IMG/VR virus record: IMGVR_UViG_3300021400_000026
Direction: 5' to 3' (one strand)
DNA length: 64,000 bases
Source of the DNA: a virus
Position numbers and translations under genes: made by a program
Notes under the pieces: generated by a model
Seen by the model: the letters and a program-made list of their open reading frames with translations, nothing else
Databases searched by the model: none
Told to the model about the DNA's origin: nothing
Shown here: positions 24,651 to 34,363 of the stretch, piece by piece
Position numbering within the stretch: position 1 is the first letter of the stretch
How the letters are laid out: every line of letters begins with the position of its first letter

Positions 24651-25565
24651 ATGAAAAAAGTGTTTAACCTGTCGCACCGCGACAAACTCGTTGTGAATCT
24701 CTTGCTGGGCGTGATTGCCCTCAGTCTCTTAAACCTCTGCCTTTCGTCGTGCAACCGCACTGACGGCGAAGAAAATGCTACAGCCAAAGTGAATGTCGCA
24801 TGGGCTGACACGCTCGAAAAGAAAACCGTCACCTTCGACTTCACAGGCTTGCGGGCAAAGACTCGCGCCACGCTGACGGAGCTCACGATGACAGACCTCT
24901 GGATTTTTGACTACATGGGCGATGTCTTCCAGCAATCCGTCCACCAAGCGAGCACAGATGCCACCTTCGGTTCTCCGTCGCTCTCGCTCGATTATGGCGA
25001 ACACACCTTCTACTTCGTCGCCTCTCGCGGATCTGATCCCGTCGTTGATACCGATGCAAAGACTATCACATGGGGCAGTGTGCGTGATACGTTTCATGGC
25101 TCCCTGTCGCTCAATGTTCAACCCAATTCAGGCAGCAGCCAGCCTGTGTCGCTCTCGCGCTGCGTCGGTCGTCTGCGAGTCAGTGCGACTGATGTCGTTC
25201 CAGATGGGGCTGCAAAGCTCGTGGTGTCACCTTCCTCATGGTATTATGGCCTGAATTATCAGTCGGGCGAATGTGTGGCCGATTCGCCGACACCTTTGGT
25301 CGTCAATATCCCCAGCAGCTATATCGGTACCACGAAACTCGCCGCCTCGTTCTATACCATCAGCAGCGCGTCACCCTGGCAGACGGATATGACCGTTGCG
25401 CTCGTGGCCACAGACGAGAGCACCATCGGCAGCGTGACCATCTCTGACATGCCGATACAGCGTAACCATGTCACCTCCTACGCTGGTGGCATCGTCGGTG
25501 CTGGTCGCACGCTGAATCTTGGCAGTGATGATGAGTGGGTGGAGGACGAGACCGTCAACTGGTAA
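24651..25565 (+). CDS. lipoprotein, Mfa2/FimB-type fimbrillin-like
   Basis: Signal peptide with lipobox (LCLSSC). The beta-rich body (TVTFDFTG..LTELTMTDLWIFDY..HTFYFVASRG) resembles Bacteroidetes fimbrillin-family proteins. Confidence 0.5.
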   Translation: MKKVFNLSHRDKLVVNLLLGVIALSLLNLCLSSCNRTDGEENATAKVNVAWADTLEKKTVTFDFTGLRAKTRATLTELTMTDLWIFDYMGDVFQQSVHQASTDATFGSPSLSLDYGEHTFYFVASRGSDPVVDTDAKTITWGSVRDTFHGSLSLNVQPNSGSSQPVSLSRCVGRLRVSATDVVPDGAAKLVVSPSSWYYGLNYQSGECVADSPTPLVVNIPSSYIGTTKLAASFYTISSASPWQTDMTVALVATDESTIGSVTISDMPIQRNHVTSYAGGIVGAGRTLNLGSDDEWVEDETVNW

Positions 25566-25572
25566 TAAAAAC

Positions 25573-25592
25573 GGGGAGGCCGCTGCCTCCCC
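25573..25592. terminator. bidirectional hairpin between convergent genes
   Basis: GGGGAGGC-CGCT-GCCTCCCC, with a T-run on the minus-strand side (GTTTTTATT). Confidence 0.6.
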
Positions 25593-25649
25593 CAACTTAT
25601 CACCATTTACAATAATAAGAAAAATTAAAATACAAACTAAACTATTACT

Positions 25650-26153
25650 CTATAATAAACCAAATATTAAAACTGTTGCAAAACATGTCATCTCTGCCCA
25701 GAACATGGCCGTGTGCCACTTTCCGTCTTTGGTGATCCATACGAAGGCCACCAGCCAAGGCACCCATGCGTACATGAACCAGGGATTCGTCACGATGACG
25801 CAAATCTGTGAGAGTACCCCGCAGGCAATAGCAGCCCCCATGTGGACGCCATAGGAGCCGTCGCCGTCGTCGGGATTGCCTGGCTTACCCATCAGCGGAC
25901 AGACGGCCACGAAAGCGAGTGCTGCACAGGCAAGGAACGCCAGCCACTGGATGGCGGGAATGGTCTTCGACACGAATGGCGGGATGGTGCAAAGCGCGAT
26001 GATGGCGATGACTGCCGTCCATAGCCATTGCCCTTTCGTAGGCAGGTAATAGACTGACTCGCTCAGCGAGTTCGGTATCTGTTTGTTGACGGCGATGACC
26101 ACCGCCACGTAGATAGCCAGCACGAAGGCTGCAATGATGATGAGTGTATTCAT
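25650..26153 (-). CDS. polytopic membrane protein, paralog of 34364..34876
   Basis: About 5 hydrophobic segments. Shared blocks with the paralog include IPxSLSxSV(Y/F)(Y/F)LPxKGxWLWTAVIA and FWAEMxCFA. Confidence 0.65.
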   Translation of the reverse strand: MNTLIIIAAFVLAIYVAVVIAVNKQIPNSLSESVYYLPTKGQWLWTAVIAIIALCTIPPFVSKTIPAIQWLAFLACAALAFVAVCPLMGKPGNPDDGDGSYGVHMGAAIACGVLSQICVIVTNPWFMYAWVPWLVAFVWITKDGKWHTAMFWAEMTCFATVLIFGLL

Positions 26154-26226
26154 ATACCTTTTATTTCTTGTATCTGATAATCGTGCGTTTCATGTTCTTG
26201 GGTTTACTGGCGGCAGGAATCAGGGT

Positions 26227-27459
26227 TTAACTTTCTGGTGTAGGCCCGTCCGTCACTTGTGCCGTTTTTGCTGATGCGCCAGAACTGAAGAACACAACGC
26301 CAGAGAGCGTCACGATGGTCATTCGCGTCGACTTGATGTGACTCGAACCAGCAGAGCCGAAATCGTGGTCTGCCGTGCCTGCATAGCTTGAGCCTGCTGC
26401 AAGGTTTATTGAGTTTGTCAAGTCCTGCGTGTAGTCCACTGTATAGTCTTCTTTCAGATACTCGATGGTCATCTTCGTGATGGTCACGTTGTAGTCGCTC
26501 ATGGCGTTATCCAGTGTAAAGCTGTTGCGGATGATTCTTGGCTTCGACTCGTCTCTGTATGATGAGAGGAACAGCACTTTCACGTCTGCCCATCTGATTT
26601 GTATATGCACTCTTTGTGGCTCCACCAGCGCGATGTAGTTGCTTTGTGTGGTCGTAGTCGTCACCATCTTATAGATGTCGCGCTGATTTGGCGACTGTGA
26701 TCCACGTATGATGTCCGCGCTGGCGAATGGGAAGATGTCGTAGTCGCCCTCTATCTGTGGGTCTTCAGTATAGGCGTGAACGCTTGCACCCATCTGCTGA
26801 AACGAAACCATCGTATCGTTCTGCGTGATGGTGTATAGTTTCTTCAGGCTTGCGCTTGTCTGTCGGTTCCACAGTGAAAAGCCGAAATACATGTTGTAGA
26901 CCGAATATCCTCCCATCTGCAAGTCCTCGTATTTCACGGTCAGCCCTTCGCTCACGCCTTCCTCGTTCTTCTCGAATATGAATGTCATGTACCCGCCAGG
27001 CGATACTTCAACCGTCGAATACTTGAGATTGCCGAGCGGCTCTTTGGCGCGTTTGAAGTAGCCTTTCGAACTACTGTCAGTCGGGTCTTCAATCAGGTCG
27101 CTCAGTCTGAAGGCCGTCTGCGGTCGTGTGTAGCTCCAATATTCGGGCACAACGCCTATTTCTGGCGCATTGCTTGGACTGGTGTCGATACCAAACCAGA
27201 AGTTGAGCATTCGTCCCAGTTGCTTCGTATTCCAATAGGGGATGTTCCCGATGCCGTAGTTCACCGACATGCGCTGGTATTCGTTCAGGGCAAATCCGTA
27301 AGGCCCGCTGAGGTAATACTCCACAGGCTTGTATCTCGCCCATCGGTTGATGTCGCCGTGCTTGAACAAGTCTTGCAAGTCGTCTGTCTGATAGTCAAAC
27401 GCATCGCAAGCGTCGTCAAGCGTGTAAGGCAGCGAAATGATGTCGTTACTGAATCCCAT
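26227..27459 (-). CDS. hypothetical protein, last gene of the tail-fibre region
   Basis: 410-aa ORF overlapping the stop of the S74 fibre gene. No motif was recognised. Confidence 0.55.
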   Translation of the reverse strand: MGFSNDIISLPYTLDDACDAFDYQTDDLQDLFKHGDINRWARYKPVEYYLSGPYGFALNEYQRMSVNYGIGNIPYWNTKQLGRMLNFWFGIDTSPSNAPEIGVVPEYWSYTRPQTAFRLSDLIEDPTDSSSKGYFKRAKEPLGNLKYSTVEVSPGGYMTFIFEKNEEGVSEGLTVKYEDLQMGGYSVYNMYFGFSLWNRQTSASLKKLYTITQNDTMVSFQQMGASVHAYTEDPQIEGDYDIFPFASADIIRGSQSPNQRDIYKMVTTTTTQSNYIALVEPQRVHIQIRWADVKVLFLSSYRDESKPRIIRNSFTLDNAMSDYNVTITKMTIEYLKEDYTVDYTQDLTNSINLAAGSSYAGTADHDFGSAGSSHIKSTRMTIVTLSGVVFFSSGASAKTAQVTDGPTPES

Positions 27460-28204
27460 GATCTTTCAACAGTTTTTTGATTTCACGTAGTTCTCGGGCG
27501 ACGGATATGACAGCTACGAGTGCCGCCGTGCCGTACTGCATGGAGAGATTGCCTTCATGGTCTTCGCACACCACCTGTGGCATCACATCACGCCAGTATT
27601 GGGCGATGGTGCCCACGTGCTCGGTATCTCCCTGTCTGTCGCGCCACTTGAAGAGCACGGCTGGCGCATCGGCTATCTTGTCGAGGTCGAGCACCATCTC
27701 TTTGCTGACGATTTTCTTCCTTTCGTCTGACACGACCGATACGGCTGAGTCGGCAAAGAAGTTTTCAGCCCTTACGGTCACGCCACTGCGAGAGCTCCTG
27801 CCGTTGCCGAAGTCGTATTCCGTGATGGCTGATGATAGCTGGCCACCTTGACGACTGCCGTAGTTGAACCACATCTTATTGCTGCTCGGTGTGGTGTCAC
27901 AGATATTGAACTCGTTGGCACTTGGTGAGCCTGTTATCACATCCTGCACGCCCGTCCAAGGCACTTCGTCGGCTTCGTCGGCATGAACCGCTTTAGGTGC
28001 CTTCTCCTGATTCTTCCACTTCTCATCAGTGGCGTTATATACGAGCACGTCGCCGTCGGCCTCATTCTCTATCGCCGTGTCGCGGAGTTGCTTCAGCGAT
28101 CTTACGCCCTCGCCTCCACCGCCTACAGAGTTGCCGCCCTTAGCGTTGCTCACGTAGGAGTTGTTTTTTCCTACTCGCTTGATGTACTCTCTCGAAATCT
28201 TCAT
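27446..28204 (-). CDS. tail fibre protein with C-terminal Peptidase_S74 intramolecular chaperone domain
   Basis: Trimmed to MKISREY (the ATG overlaps the upstream stop, ATGA at 28201-28204). VSDERKKIVSKE..LFKWRD......VGTIAQYWRDVMPQVV....LSMQYGTAALVAVISVARELREIKKLLK is the S74 autoproteolytic chaperone pattern. Confidence 0.75.
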   Translation of the reverse strand: MKISREYIKRVGKNNSYVSNAKGGNSVGGGGEGVRSLKQLRDTAIENEADGDVLVYNATDEKWKNQEKAPKAVHADEADEVPWTGVQDVITGSPSANEFNICDTTPSSNKMWFNYGSRQGGQLSSAITEYDFGNGRSSRSGVTVRAENFFADSAVSVVSDERKKIVSKEMVLDLDKIADAPAVLFKWRDRQGDTEHVGTIAQYWRDVMPQVVCEDHEGNLSMQYGTAALVAVISVARELREIKKLLKDHGIQ

Positions 28205-30156
28205 AGCTGCATGATTTTTAGTGTCGTGATATTGTCGCGCCAGCGGTGGCTGATGGCCACGGGGTAGAAGTCCGCACTTTCGAGGCTTACCTTGTAGTCG
28301 GGCCCTATGCTGTTTGTGAGGTTCGTCCACAGGTCTATCTGTAGGCTCCGTCGGATGGTTGAACCGTAGGCTGCAATCAGGTCGGCAACGTGCTGCTCTG
28401 GCTTCAGCTGTGTGGTGCCAAATGGGATTGTGTTTGCCACGATGTTGCCGCTGTAGACGAGTCCATATCCAGCCTGGCATCTGAAAGTCTTCGCATTGAC
28501 GGTATTGGTCTTGTCTGATGAGAAGATGGTGTCTACGTTCACGTCGTCTGGGAAGCTGCCGCCGTTGGCGGTGTATTCCTTGTCGTTCAGGTCGTCCTCT
28601 TCGCCGTTTCTCACAAAACCTATCTTGAAGTCCATCAGTGGGAAGTAGCCGTTCCAATAGTTCTGATTCCTGAATACATCATCGACGGCAAAATAAATCT
28701 TTCCTATTATAGGCGCGGTGATTGGGATTCCCATGCCGTCGTAGTCAGCATTATTGTAAATCGTGTCTGTGTTCTCGATTCCATTGTCCTTCATCGACAG
28801 CTTGAATTTGCTGGCAGTCGATGTCCACGCCGTGCCATTCCAGTAAAGGTCACCAATCTTCAGTGTGCATTGTCCGGCATGGTCTTCTGAAATTTCAGTA
28901 TCTTCGTAGTCTGCACGGCCTGATATGTAGAGCACGCCGTCACCTAATATGACCGCACCCTGACTCTCCATCGAGAAGAGCGGAGTTGTGCTTCTTCTGT
29001 TGCCATAGTCCTCTGAGATGAAGCACTCATAGCATTTGTTCCAGCTGAATTTCTTCTTGTCATCTTCCGTATTGTCGTCGAAGGCTGCGAAACGACCATA
29101 GCACATCGGAATGCCTGCGCCTTCCTGCTGTTCTGCGTATGACGTAATCTTTATCATCGCATTCTCATAGTTGATGACTCCGCGATACAGTAGCCACACT
29201 TCCGTTGGCTCTGTCGGCTCGTTTCTCCACCGCTCAGCTCTTGTCGGTGTGTCGTACTTATACGGCCTACAGATGTCGTCGTATGGTATTTCCATGATGA
29301 CATCATAGGGATTCAACTCGGGGCTGACGGTAACTTTTTTCACGCCTGGAATGTACTCTTCGGAATGGTCGGTGCTGGCAAACATCGCGTCGGTCAGCGC
29401 GAGGCTCTTCATTGTGACGGGCGTGAACACAGGCGACGCGGCCTGCAACTGAGCCAACGGGCATGAGAGCCACCGCTGGTTGCGCAATCCGTCGGTGATG
29501 GCCGTGAAGTAGACACCGGCCCCACTCGTGCGGCACGTCCAACCGAAGAACTTGCACAGCTCCTGTAGCAGTCCCAGACATGTGAAGCGCGAGGTCAGTT
29601 CCACGCCGTTCTCTGTCAGGAAGTTGCGCCACGACAGCTTGTAAGCCAGCCATGCGCGAATGTCGTTGTCGGTCGATGATGATGCGTGGAAGTAGAAGGT
29701 GTAGCTCAGTCCAGTCAGCTTCGAGAAGATGTAATAGAGTAATTGTCCGAGCGTCACCATGTCGGCAGGCCCCGTCACTTCCACGTCGAATGAGTCGAGG
29801 GCTGACAGTCCGCAGATCAGCGGCAACTCAAACTCATTGTAGATGGCTGGGTAGGTCGTGCCGTAGGTTCCTGTCTGCACATAGCCCTGCCAGCGGATGG
29901 TGCTGCCCTGATAGAGCTTTACGGGCATGGCTGTTGCCGACGATGGGATGAACTGCCGCCACGTCGTATTGTCTTCTGCCACCATACGGACGTAGCCGCT
30001 TTGCGTCCTCACTGGCATAAACATGTCAGTGTCGGCATCTTCCTGAGTCTCTATCGGTTCCGATGAGAGTTTTGGCGATGTCGCTGGCGTCACGCCTCCG
30101 ATGTTCAGCGTGAAGGTTGTGCCGTCGAGTGCTACGAAGTTCTGCTGATATGCCAT
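28201..30156 (-). CDS. large tail-tip / baseplate protein
   Basis: 651 aa, located between the tape-measure-proximal tube-fold protein and the fibre genes. The call rests on position only. Confidence 0.5.
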   Translation of the reverse strand: MAYQQNFVALDGTTFTLNIGGVTPATSPKLSSEPIETQEDADTDMFMPVRTQSGYVRMVAEDNTTWRQFIPSSATAMPVKLYQGSTIRWQGYVQTGTYGTTYPAIYNEFELPLICGLSALDSFDVEVTGPADMVTLGQLLYYIFSKLTGLSYTFYFHASSSTDNDIRAWLAYKLSWRNFLTENGVELTSRFTCLGLLQELCKFFGWTCRTSGAGVYFTAITDGLRNQRWLSCPLAQLQAASPVFTPVTMKSLALTDAMFASTDHSEEYIPGVKKVTVSPELNPYDVIMEIPYDDICRPYKYDTPTRAERWRNEPTEPTEVWLLYRGVINYENAMIKITSYAEQQEGAGIPMCYGRFAAFDDNTEDDKKKFSWNKCYECFISEDYGNRRSTTPLFSMESQGAVILGDGVLYISGRADYEDTEISEDHAGQCTLKIGDLYWNGTAWTSTASKFKLSMKDNGIENTDTIYNNADYDGMGIPITAPIIGKIYFAVDDVFRNQNYWNGYFPLMDFKIGFVRNGEEDDLNDKEYTANGGSFPDDVNVDTIFSSDKTNTVNAKTFRCQAGYGLVYSGNIVANTIPFGTTQLKPEQHVADLIAAYGSTIRRSLQIDLWTNLTNSIGPDYKVSLESADFYPVAISHRWRDNITTLKIMQL

Positions 30157-30193
30157 AGTCTTTTTTTTCTGTCAATAAAACATTGTCGTGGGT

Positions 30194-30577
30194 TCACTCT
30201 GTATAGAACGGGCAGCGTCCCGTCCCCTTGAACTTGACCGTACCTTCGGCGAGATTGCCGACGGCTCCATTCAGGTCGGCCTGCTGACAGATCACCGTCC
30301 CCGTGCGCCGCTGGTCACCCACTACGACACTGATGGTGTACTTGTGGCGCACCTTCAGCAGTCCCTCAAACGGTTCGCCGGCAGTCACCAGGTGATTGAG
30401 CGATACGCTCCAGTCGTCGCGTCCTGGCACATAATCGCGGGCTTCCGCCGTCGATGGGGATGCAGTCTCTATCAGGTCGGTCTGATAACTGATGCTGCAC
30501 GTCTTGGCGGCTGCGATGATCTGGGTTGTCCCCGTCGAGCCCTGGTATATGAAAATGTTTTTCCCGAGAATTGCCAT
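30194..30577 (-). CDS. tail-tube-fold protein downstream of the tape measure (distal tail protein candidate)
   Basis: Trimmed to the ATG at 30577 (MAILGKN). It shares the pattern ..A.SCSIS....D......W..S... with the tube paralogs 35745..36188 and 36209..36631. Confidence 0.5.
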   Translation of the reverse strand: MAILGKNIFIYQGSTGTTQIIAAAKTCSISYQTDLIETASPSTAEARDYVPGRDDWSVSLNHLVTAGEPFEGLLKVRHKYTISVVVGDQRRTGTVICQQADLNGAVGNLAEGTVKFKGTGRCPFYTE

Positions 30578-30594
30578 ATTTCTTCTGTTTATCG

Positions 30595-32952
30595 TTACTT
30601 CCAAGTCAAGATTGTTCCGCGACCAGTCCGTCGGGTATAGCGGTCAGACGACAGGAAGATGGTCTCGCCTGACAATCGCCCGAACACTTCTATCCGGCTG
30701 TTGCCGCCTTCACTCAGTGCGTTTGCTACCCCGCGCTGCTGGGCAGCGTTAAGCACAACCTCGCCTGCATTCAGACCGACGAAACCGCCTGCGCCTCCAT
30801 CCACCATGCCTCCGATGTTGTCACCGCTGTAAGAGTTGCCATTGATGACACCACCCTGAGCGTAACCGGTCGAAGAGTGGATTTGTGAGATCATCGTTAT
30901 CATGGTAGCGAGACCAGATACTGCGAAGGCTGCCCATACCCACGGGTTGCCTGTCTGAGAGGCCGCAACGGTCGCTTGTGCATAACCGAGAGCGACGCTG
31001 GCGACAGCCTGCGCTATTGTGCCCATGACTTTGGCGGCTGGGTCTTCAATGGCATTGAAAGCGTCACCGATACTGCCTACCACGTCGGCTGTCATGCTGG
31101 CTGCTTTGGCAATGGCTTTCACGTCCTTCGTCGTTGTCTCAATGGGGATTTCTATCGGATTTAATTTCAAGTCAGACAATTTCTCCTGTATGCCAGTCAT
31201 CCATGTTTCAAAGGCTATATCTGAACTGATAGGTATCTCAACAGCCTTGCCGTCTGGCGTATTGCCAAGCAGTTTGCCTGCGGCATTCTCTTTTTGCAAC
31301 CCCATCTCGTTCTGCATAGACTTCAGCTTGGCTTCTGCCTCGACGAGTGGCTGAAGATATTTATCGCGTACACTTGCGCCGGATTCGTTCCATTGTTTTG
31401 TCAGGTCTTGCACCAACTTCTGCTGGGCAACGATGCTGTCTGAGGCATAGGTGACTTCAGACGTCGTATTGCTACCTTTGCCACCACCAGAACGACCGCC
31501 TCCGCCAACTCCTGAAGCAGTAGGCTCATAGGGCGATGGAACCTTGTTGTGTAATTCTTGTGCCCGCTTTACATATTCCTCCCTCATCTTCAGAGCTCCG
31601 TCGAGTTCAGTCTGAAGTTTTGCCTTTGCACTTTTAGCAACGCTGCTGTTGTCGCCACCGTAGGCAGCTATCTGGAATCGTTTATTGTTGATGTATTTAT
31701 CAAACTCGCCCAACTGTTGTTGATAGATGCTATATGCGCCTGCCGATTTACCGTTACCAAGTCGGCCTATCATTCGGTCAACCTTAGACCCTCCGCCAAG
31801 CCTGTTGAATCCTGCCGTAGATCGTGCGCCCTGTCCGAGTGCGCCTGCTTCCGAAAGTGCTTGGATAAGGGGTTTTACGGCGGTGTTCAGGGCATTCAAT
31901 GCGCCAACCTTGATGGAGTTCCACAGACTATTGCTTGCATCTGTCAGCGGTTGAAGCGTATTGCCCAGGCCTGTCATGGCGTTAGTCAATTCCACGTTGG
32001 CTTTTGTGGCCCTGTCGGCTGCGGTTTCCACGTAGTCGCCAGCCTTGGCCATCTGCTCACGGATAATGGCACCGACGGCCTTGGTCATGTCGCCCGTCTC
32101 GGCCATCTTATCCTTGACTTCGGTGGCACTCAGTCCGAGGTTATCAAGAATCATGAGCGACTTGCGGCCGAGACCTGTCACGATGGAGTCCACCATGTAG
32201 TCTACCGATTGCCCAGTGTCCTTGGCTTTCTGCTGGGCAAAGGCGAGCATCGTGCCGAGTTCGTCGAGCGGCAGCTTGAAGTCGTTGAACTTTACGGCGG
32301 CTTTCATCAGTTCGATGTCGGTCACGGTGCCGTGGGTAGCCTGGCGCAATCCGTCGAGGATGTCACCGCGCCCCAGTCGCTCGAAGGCGATGCGGATGCC
32401 CTCACCCTGCTTGGCCAGTTCCACGCCCTGCTTCACCATGTCGCCCATCTCGCTGGCCAGCCCTGCAAGCATGCCGGCTCCTTTGGTCATCAGATTACCA
32501 CCGAACACCTGCAAGGCTCCAGACATCTTGTCGCCTATGCCGGAGAGGAAGCCACCGCCTTTCATATCGGGCATTTTCATGTCGCCCAGCGACTTGTTTA
32601 TGCCCTCCATTTCGGCCTTTGCCTGACGGAACTTTTCTTTGATTTGATCAATGCTATTCAAGTAGTCTTGACCGATAGTCTTCTTCTGGGCCTCGCTCAT
32701 GCGGTTGTACTGCATGGTCAGTTGCTCGATGGTCGCCTTGTAGTCGTTCATCTGCCCTTTGGCGGTCTTGGCCGTCGAGTCCATCTGTCCCATCATCTGC
32801 ACGAACTTCTGCATCTTCTGGCTCTCCTTGTCGAGAGCCTGCTGAAGTCCGCCGTTGGCCTGGGTGAAGTTGTCGAGTGCCGACTTCGCCTTCTTCAGAC
32901 CGGCATCCCATTGGCCGGTGCCTACCGCCAGTTCAAGAACTGATTTTGCCAT
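30595..32952 (-). CDS. tape measure protein
   Basis: 785 aa, alpha-helical and coiled-coil, with Gly-rich segments and hydrophobic C-terminal stretches. It sits downstream of the chaperone pair. Confidence 0.85.
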   Translation of the reverse strand: MAKSVLELAVGTGQWDAGLKKAKSALDNFTQANGGLQQALDKESQKMQKFVQMMGQMDSTAKTAKGQMNDYKATIEQLTMQYNRMSEAQKKTIGQDYLNSIDQIKEKFRQAKAEMEGINKSLGDMKMPDMKGGGFLSGIGDKMSGALQVFGGNLMTKGAGMLAGLASEMGDMVKQGVELAKQGEGIRIAFERLGRGDILDGLRQATHGTVTDIELMKAAVKFNDFKLPLDELGTMLAFAQQKAKDTGQSVDYMVDSIVTGLGRKSLMILDNLGLSATEVKDKMAETGDMTKAVGAIIREQMAKAGDYVETAADRATKANVELTNAMTGLGNTLQPLTDASNSLWNSIKVGALNALNTAVKPLIQALSEAGALGQGARSTAGFNRLGGGSKVDRMIGRLGNGKSAGAYSIYQQQLGEFDKYINNKRFQIAAYGGDNSSVAKSAKAKLQTELDGALKMREEYVKRAQELHNKVPSPYEPTASGVGGGGRSGGGKGSNTTSEVTYASDSIVAQQKLVQDLTKQWNESGASVRDKYLQPLVEAEAKLKSMQNEMGLQKENAAGKLLGNTPDGKAVEIPISSDIAFETWMTGIQEKLSDLKLNPIEIPIETTTKDVKAIAKAASMTADVVGSIGDAFNAIEDPAAKVMGTIAQAVASVALGYAQATVAASQTGNPWVWAAFAVSGLATMITMISQIHSSTGYAQGGVINGNSYSGDNIGGMVDGGAGGFVGLNAGEVVLNAAQQRGVANALSEGGNSRIEVFGRLSGETIFLSSDRYTRRTGRGTILTWK

Positions 32953-32955
32953 ATC

Positions 32956-33654
32956 TTATTCTTCATTAAATTGCGTTTCAATCCATTTCTCTACGTGCCC
33001 TGCGAGTGTCTGTCCCAGCTGCTGTGCTGCCTGTTCCATGTCGCTGCTCATGCTGTGGAAGAATGAGCGTGGAGCGATATTGCCGCGTCTACCCCATGAA
33101 GCCCTTGAACCGTGTCCGGTTGGTCCGTAAGATTTTGCCGTGCGCACATCAGTTCCGTTTTCTAAAAAGCGCAAAATAAATGATCTATCTGGGCCATAAT
33201 ACTCATTGATGTCTTTGGTTCGTTTGCTAACATATCGGGGTTTGATTTTGCCTGGCTCATACAGGCGCTTGTGGCTACTAATCCGGCCTCGATTTCCTCC
33301 TATGTTTATATTGCCCCCGAACTCACCTTTATACATTCGGCGAAGCACGGCAGACGATGCGCTTCCAGCACCAACGCCACGGGCTTTCTGCACGGCACGG
33401 GCACGCATAATACCCAGCACCTTGCCAAGTTCTGCACGCACCAGTTCAGAGAACCAACCATCGAATTCCTGCAACGACATGTTGCCGCCTTTGACCATTG
33501 CGACATTCTGAGTCACGCGGTCTTGGAGTTGTAGCTTACGAAGCACACTATCGACAGCCTTTTCGAGATTCTTCAATCCAGAAAAGTCTGCCATCAAACC
33601 GTCGATACGGTTGTTGGTGACGTTGAGTCCTTTGAAACCACTTACTAATGCCAT
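32956..33654 (-). CDS. hypothetical virion-module protein
   Basis: 232-aa ORF directly upstream of the tape measure. FILRFLENGT..RG.IAPRSFF faintly resembles HK97 gp10-type motifs. Confidence 0.45.
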   Translation of the reverse strand: MALVSGFKGLNVTNNRIDGLMADFSGLKNLEKAVDSVLRKLQLQDRVTQNVAMVKGGNMSLQEFDGWFSELVRAELGKVLGIMRARAVQKARGVGAGSASSAVLRRMYKGEFGGNINIGGNRGRISSHKRLYEPGKIKPRYVSKRTKDINEYYGPDRSFILRFLENGTDVRTAKSYGPTGHGSRASWGRRGNIAPRSFFHSMSSDMEQAAQQLGQTLAGHVEKWIETQFNEE

Positions 33655-33690
33655 AAAAAATGCCCGATTAGCTGTTACACTAATCGGGCA
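33655..33690 (-). terminator. intrinsic terminator
   Basis: The minus strand has an 11-bp stem, TGCCCGATTAG/CTAATCGGGCA, followed by TTTTTT. Confidence 0.75.
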
Positions 33691-33710
33691 TTTCGCTTGT
33701 AGGGGTTTAC

Positions 33711-34232
33711 TTATCCCTCCAGGTCGGGCTGGGTGCCGCCACCCTCGCCGCCTTCTCCGCCATCGCCGTTGCCGGTCTTGGCAACATAGGCTTTGGTCTC
33801 GATGCCGACACGCTTCACCTGATACTCCTCCTTCTCCAACAGGTCGGTGAATTTCTGCATACAGGTGGCACGGACGCGACAGGTGACACCGCCCGCCTTG
33901 TCGATCAGGTCGCCAGCGTTGTCCTCGGTGAGCTCGGTCACCGTCGGGTCGAGTTCCTTGGCACGGGCAAGGTTGATATTGCCACCCTTGATGTGGATGT
34001 CGGGGAAGATGCGGATGGCCACCTCGTCGCCCGCGTTCAGCTGGATGGCAAAGCCCTCGGCCATCTTCTCGGCTGCGGCTTTGCAGAAGTTCTCCAGCAC
34101 GGCTGCTGCCACCTGCTCAGGTATGAGCGCATTCTGATGCGAAATCTCACGAGCAAGTGCCTTCGTGTCGCAGGTACGGAGCACTTCATTGGCCGTAATC
34201 GTTTTCTCACTCTGTAGGGCTTCATTGCCCAT
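33711..34232 (-). CDS. HU-like (HU-HIG type) DNA-binding protein with Gly/Glu-rich tail
   Basis: This is the real 3' part of the composite ORF 33711..34919. The start is MGNEALQ (or MIDYKGQLN at 34259). LAREISHQNALIPEQVAAAVLENFCKAAAEKMAEGFAIQL resembles Bacteroidetes HU-like domains. Confidence 0.45.
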   Translation of the reverse strand: MGNEALQSEKTITANEVLRTCDTKALAREISHQNALIPEQVAAAVLENFCKAAAEKMAEGFAIQLNAGDEVAIRIFPDIHIKGGNINLARAKELDPTVTELTEDNAGDLIDKAGGVTCRVRATCMQKFTDLLEKEEYQVKRVGIETKAYVAKTGNGDGGEGGEGGGTQPDLEG

Positions 34233-34282
34233 GTTCAGTTGTCCTTTGTAATCAATCATAAAATAAAGGTTTTTAGGGTTTA

Positions 34283-34353
34283 TACTATAAAGGGTGTGAC
34301 CCTTTTTACTATAAAGGGTGTGACCCTTTTTACTATAAAGGTCGGCACCCTTT
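34283..34353. repeat. three 24-bp tandem units TACTATAAAGGGTGTGACCCTTTT
   Basis: Units lie at 34283, 34307 and 34331. Each contains the palindrome AAAGGGT-GTG-ACCCTTT. The core TA(C/G)TATAAAGGGTG and the 24-bp phasing match the array at 14545-14608. Confidence 0.75.
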
Positions 34354-34363
34354 TTGGGGGTCG

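Noticed and set aside
26154-26199. 10-codon mini-ORF (MKRTIIRYKK) between a GTAAACCC copy and the membrane-protein gene 25650..26153
   Set aside because: It could be a leader peptide, but it is a single occurrence with no supporting structure or repeat. It is noted only.
27446-28657. 403-aa version of the S74 tail-fibre ORF
   Set aside because: The first 151 codons overlap the 3' end of 28201..30156 in another frame and are Arg/His/Gln-rich. The ATG at 28204 gives an ATGA overlap with the upstream stop, so it was trimmed to 27446..28204.
31558-32943. Long plus-strand ORFs antisense to real genes (31558..32943, 39944..41266, 45705..47093, 13115..13936, 58495..59235, 44634..45221, 61901..62575 and similar)
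   Set aside because: Each lies fully inside a minus-strand gene with a clear family assignment (tape measure, capsid, RT, primase and others). They have Arg/Leu/His/Val-rich, antisense-type composition and lack start contexts.
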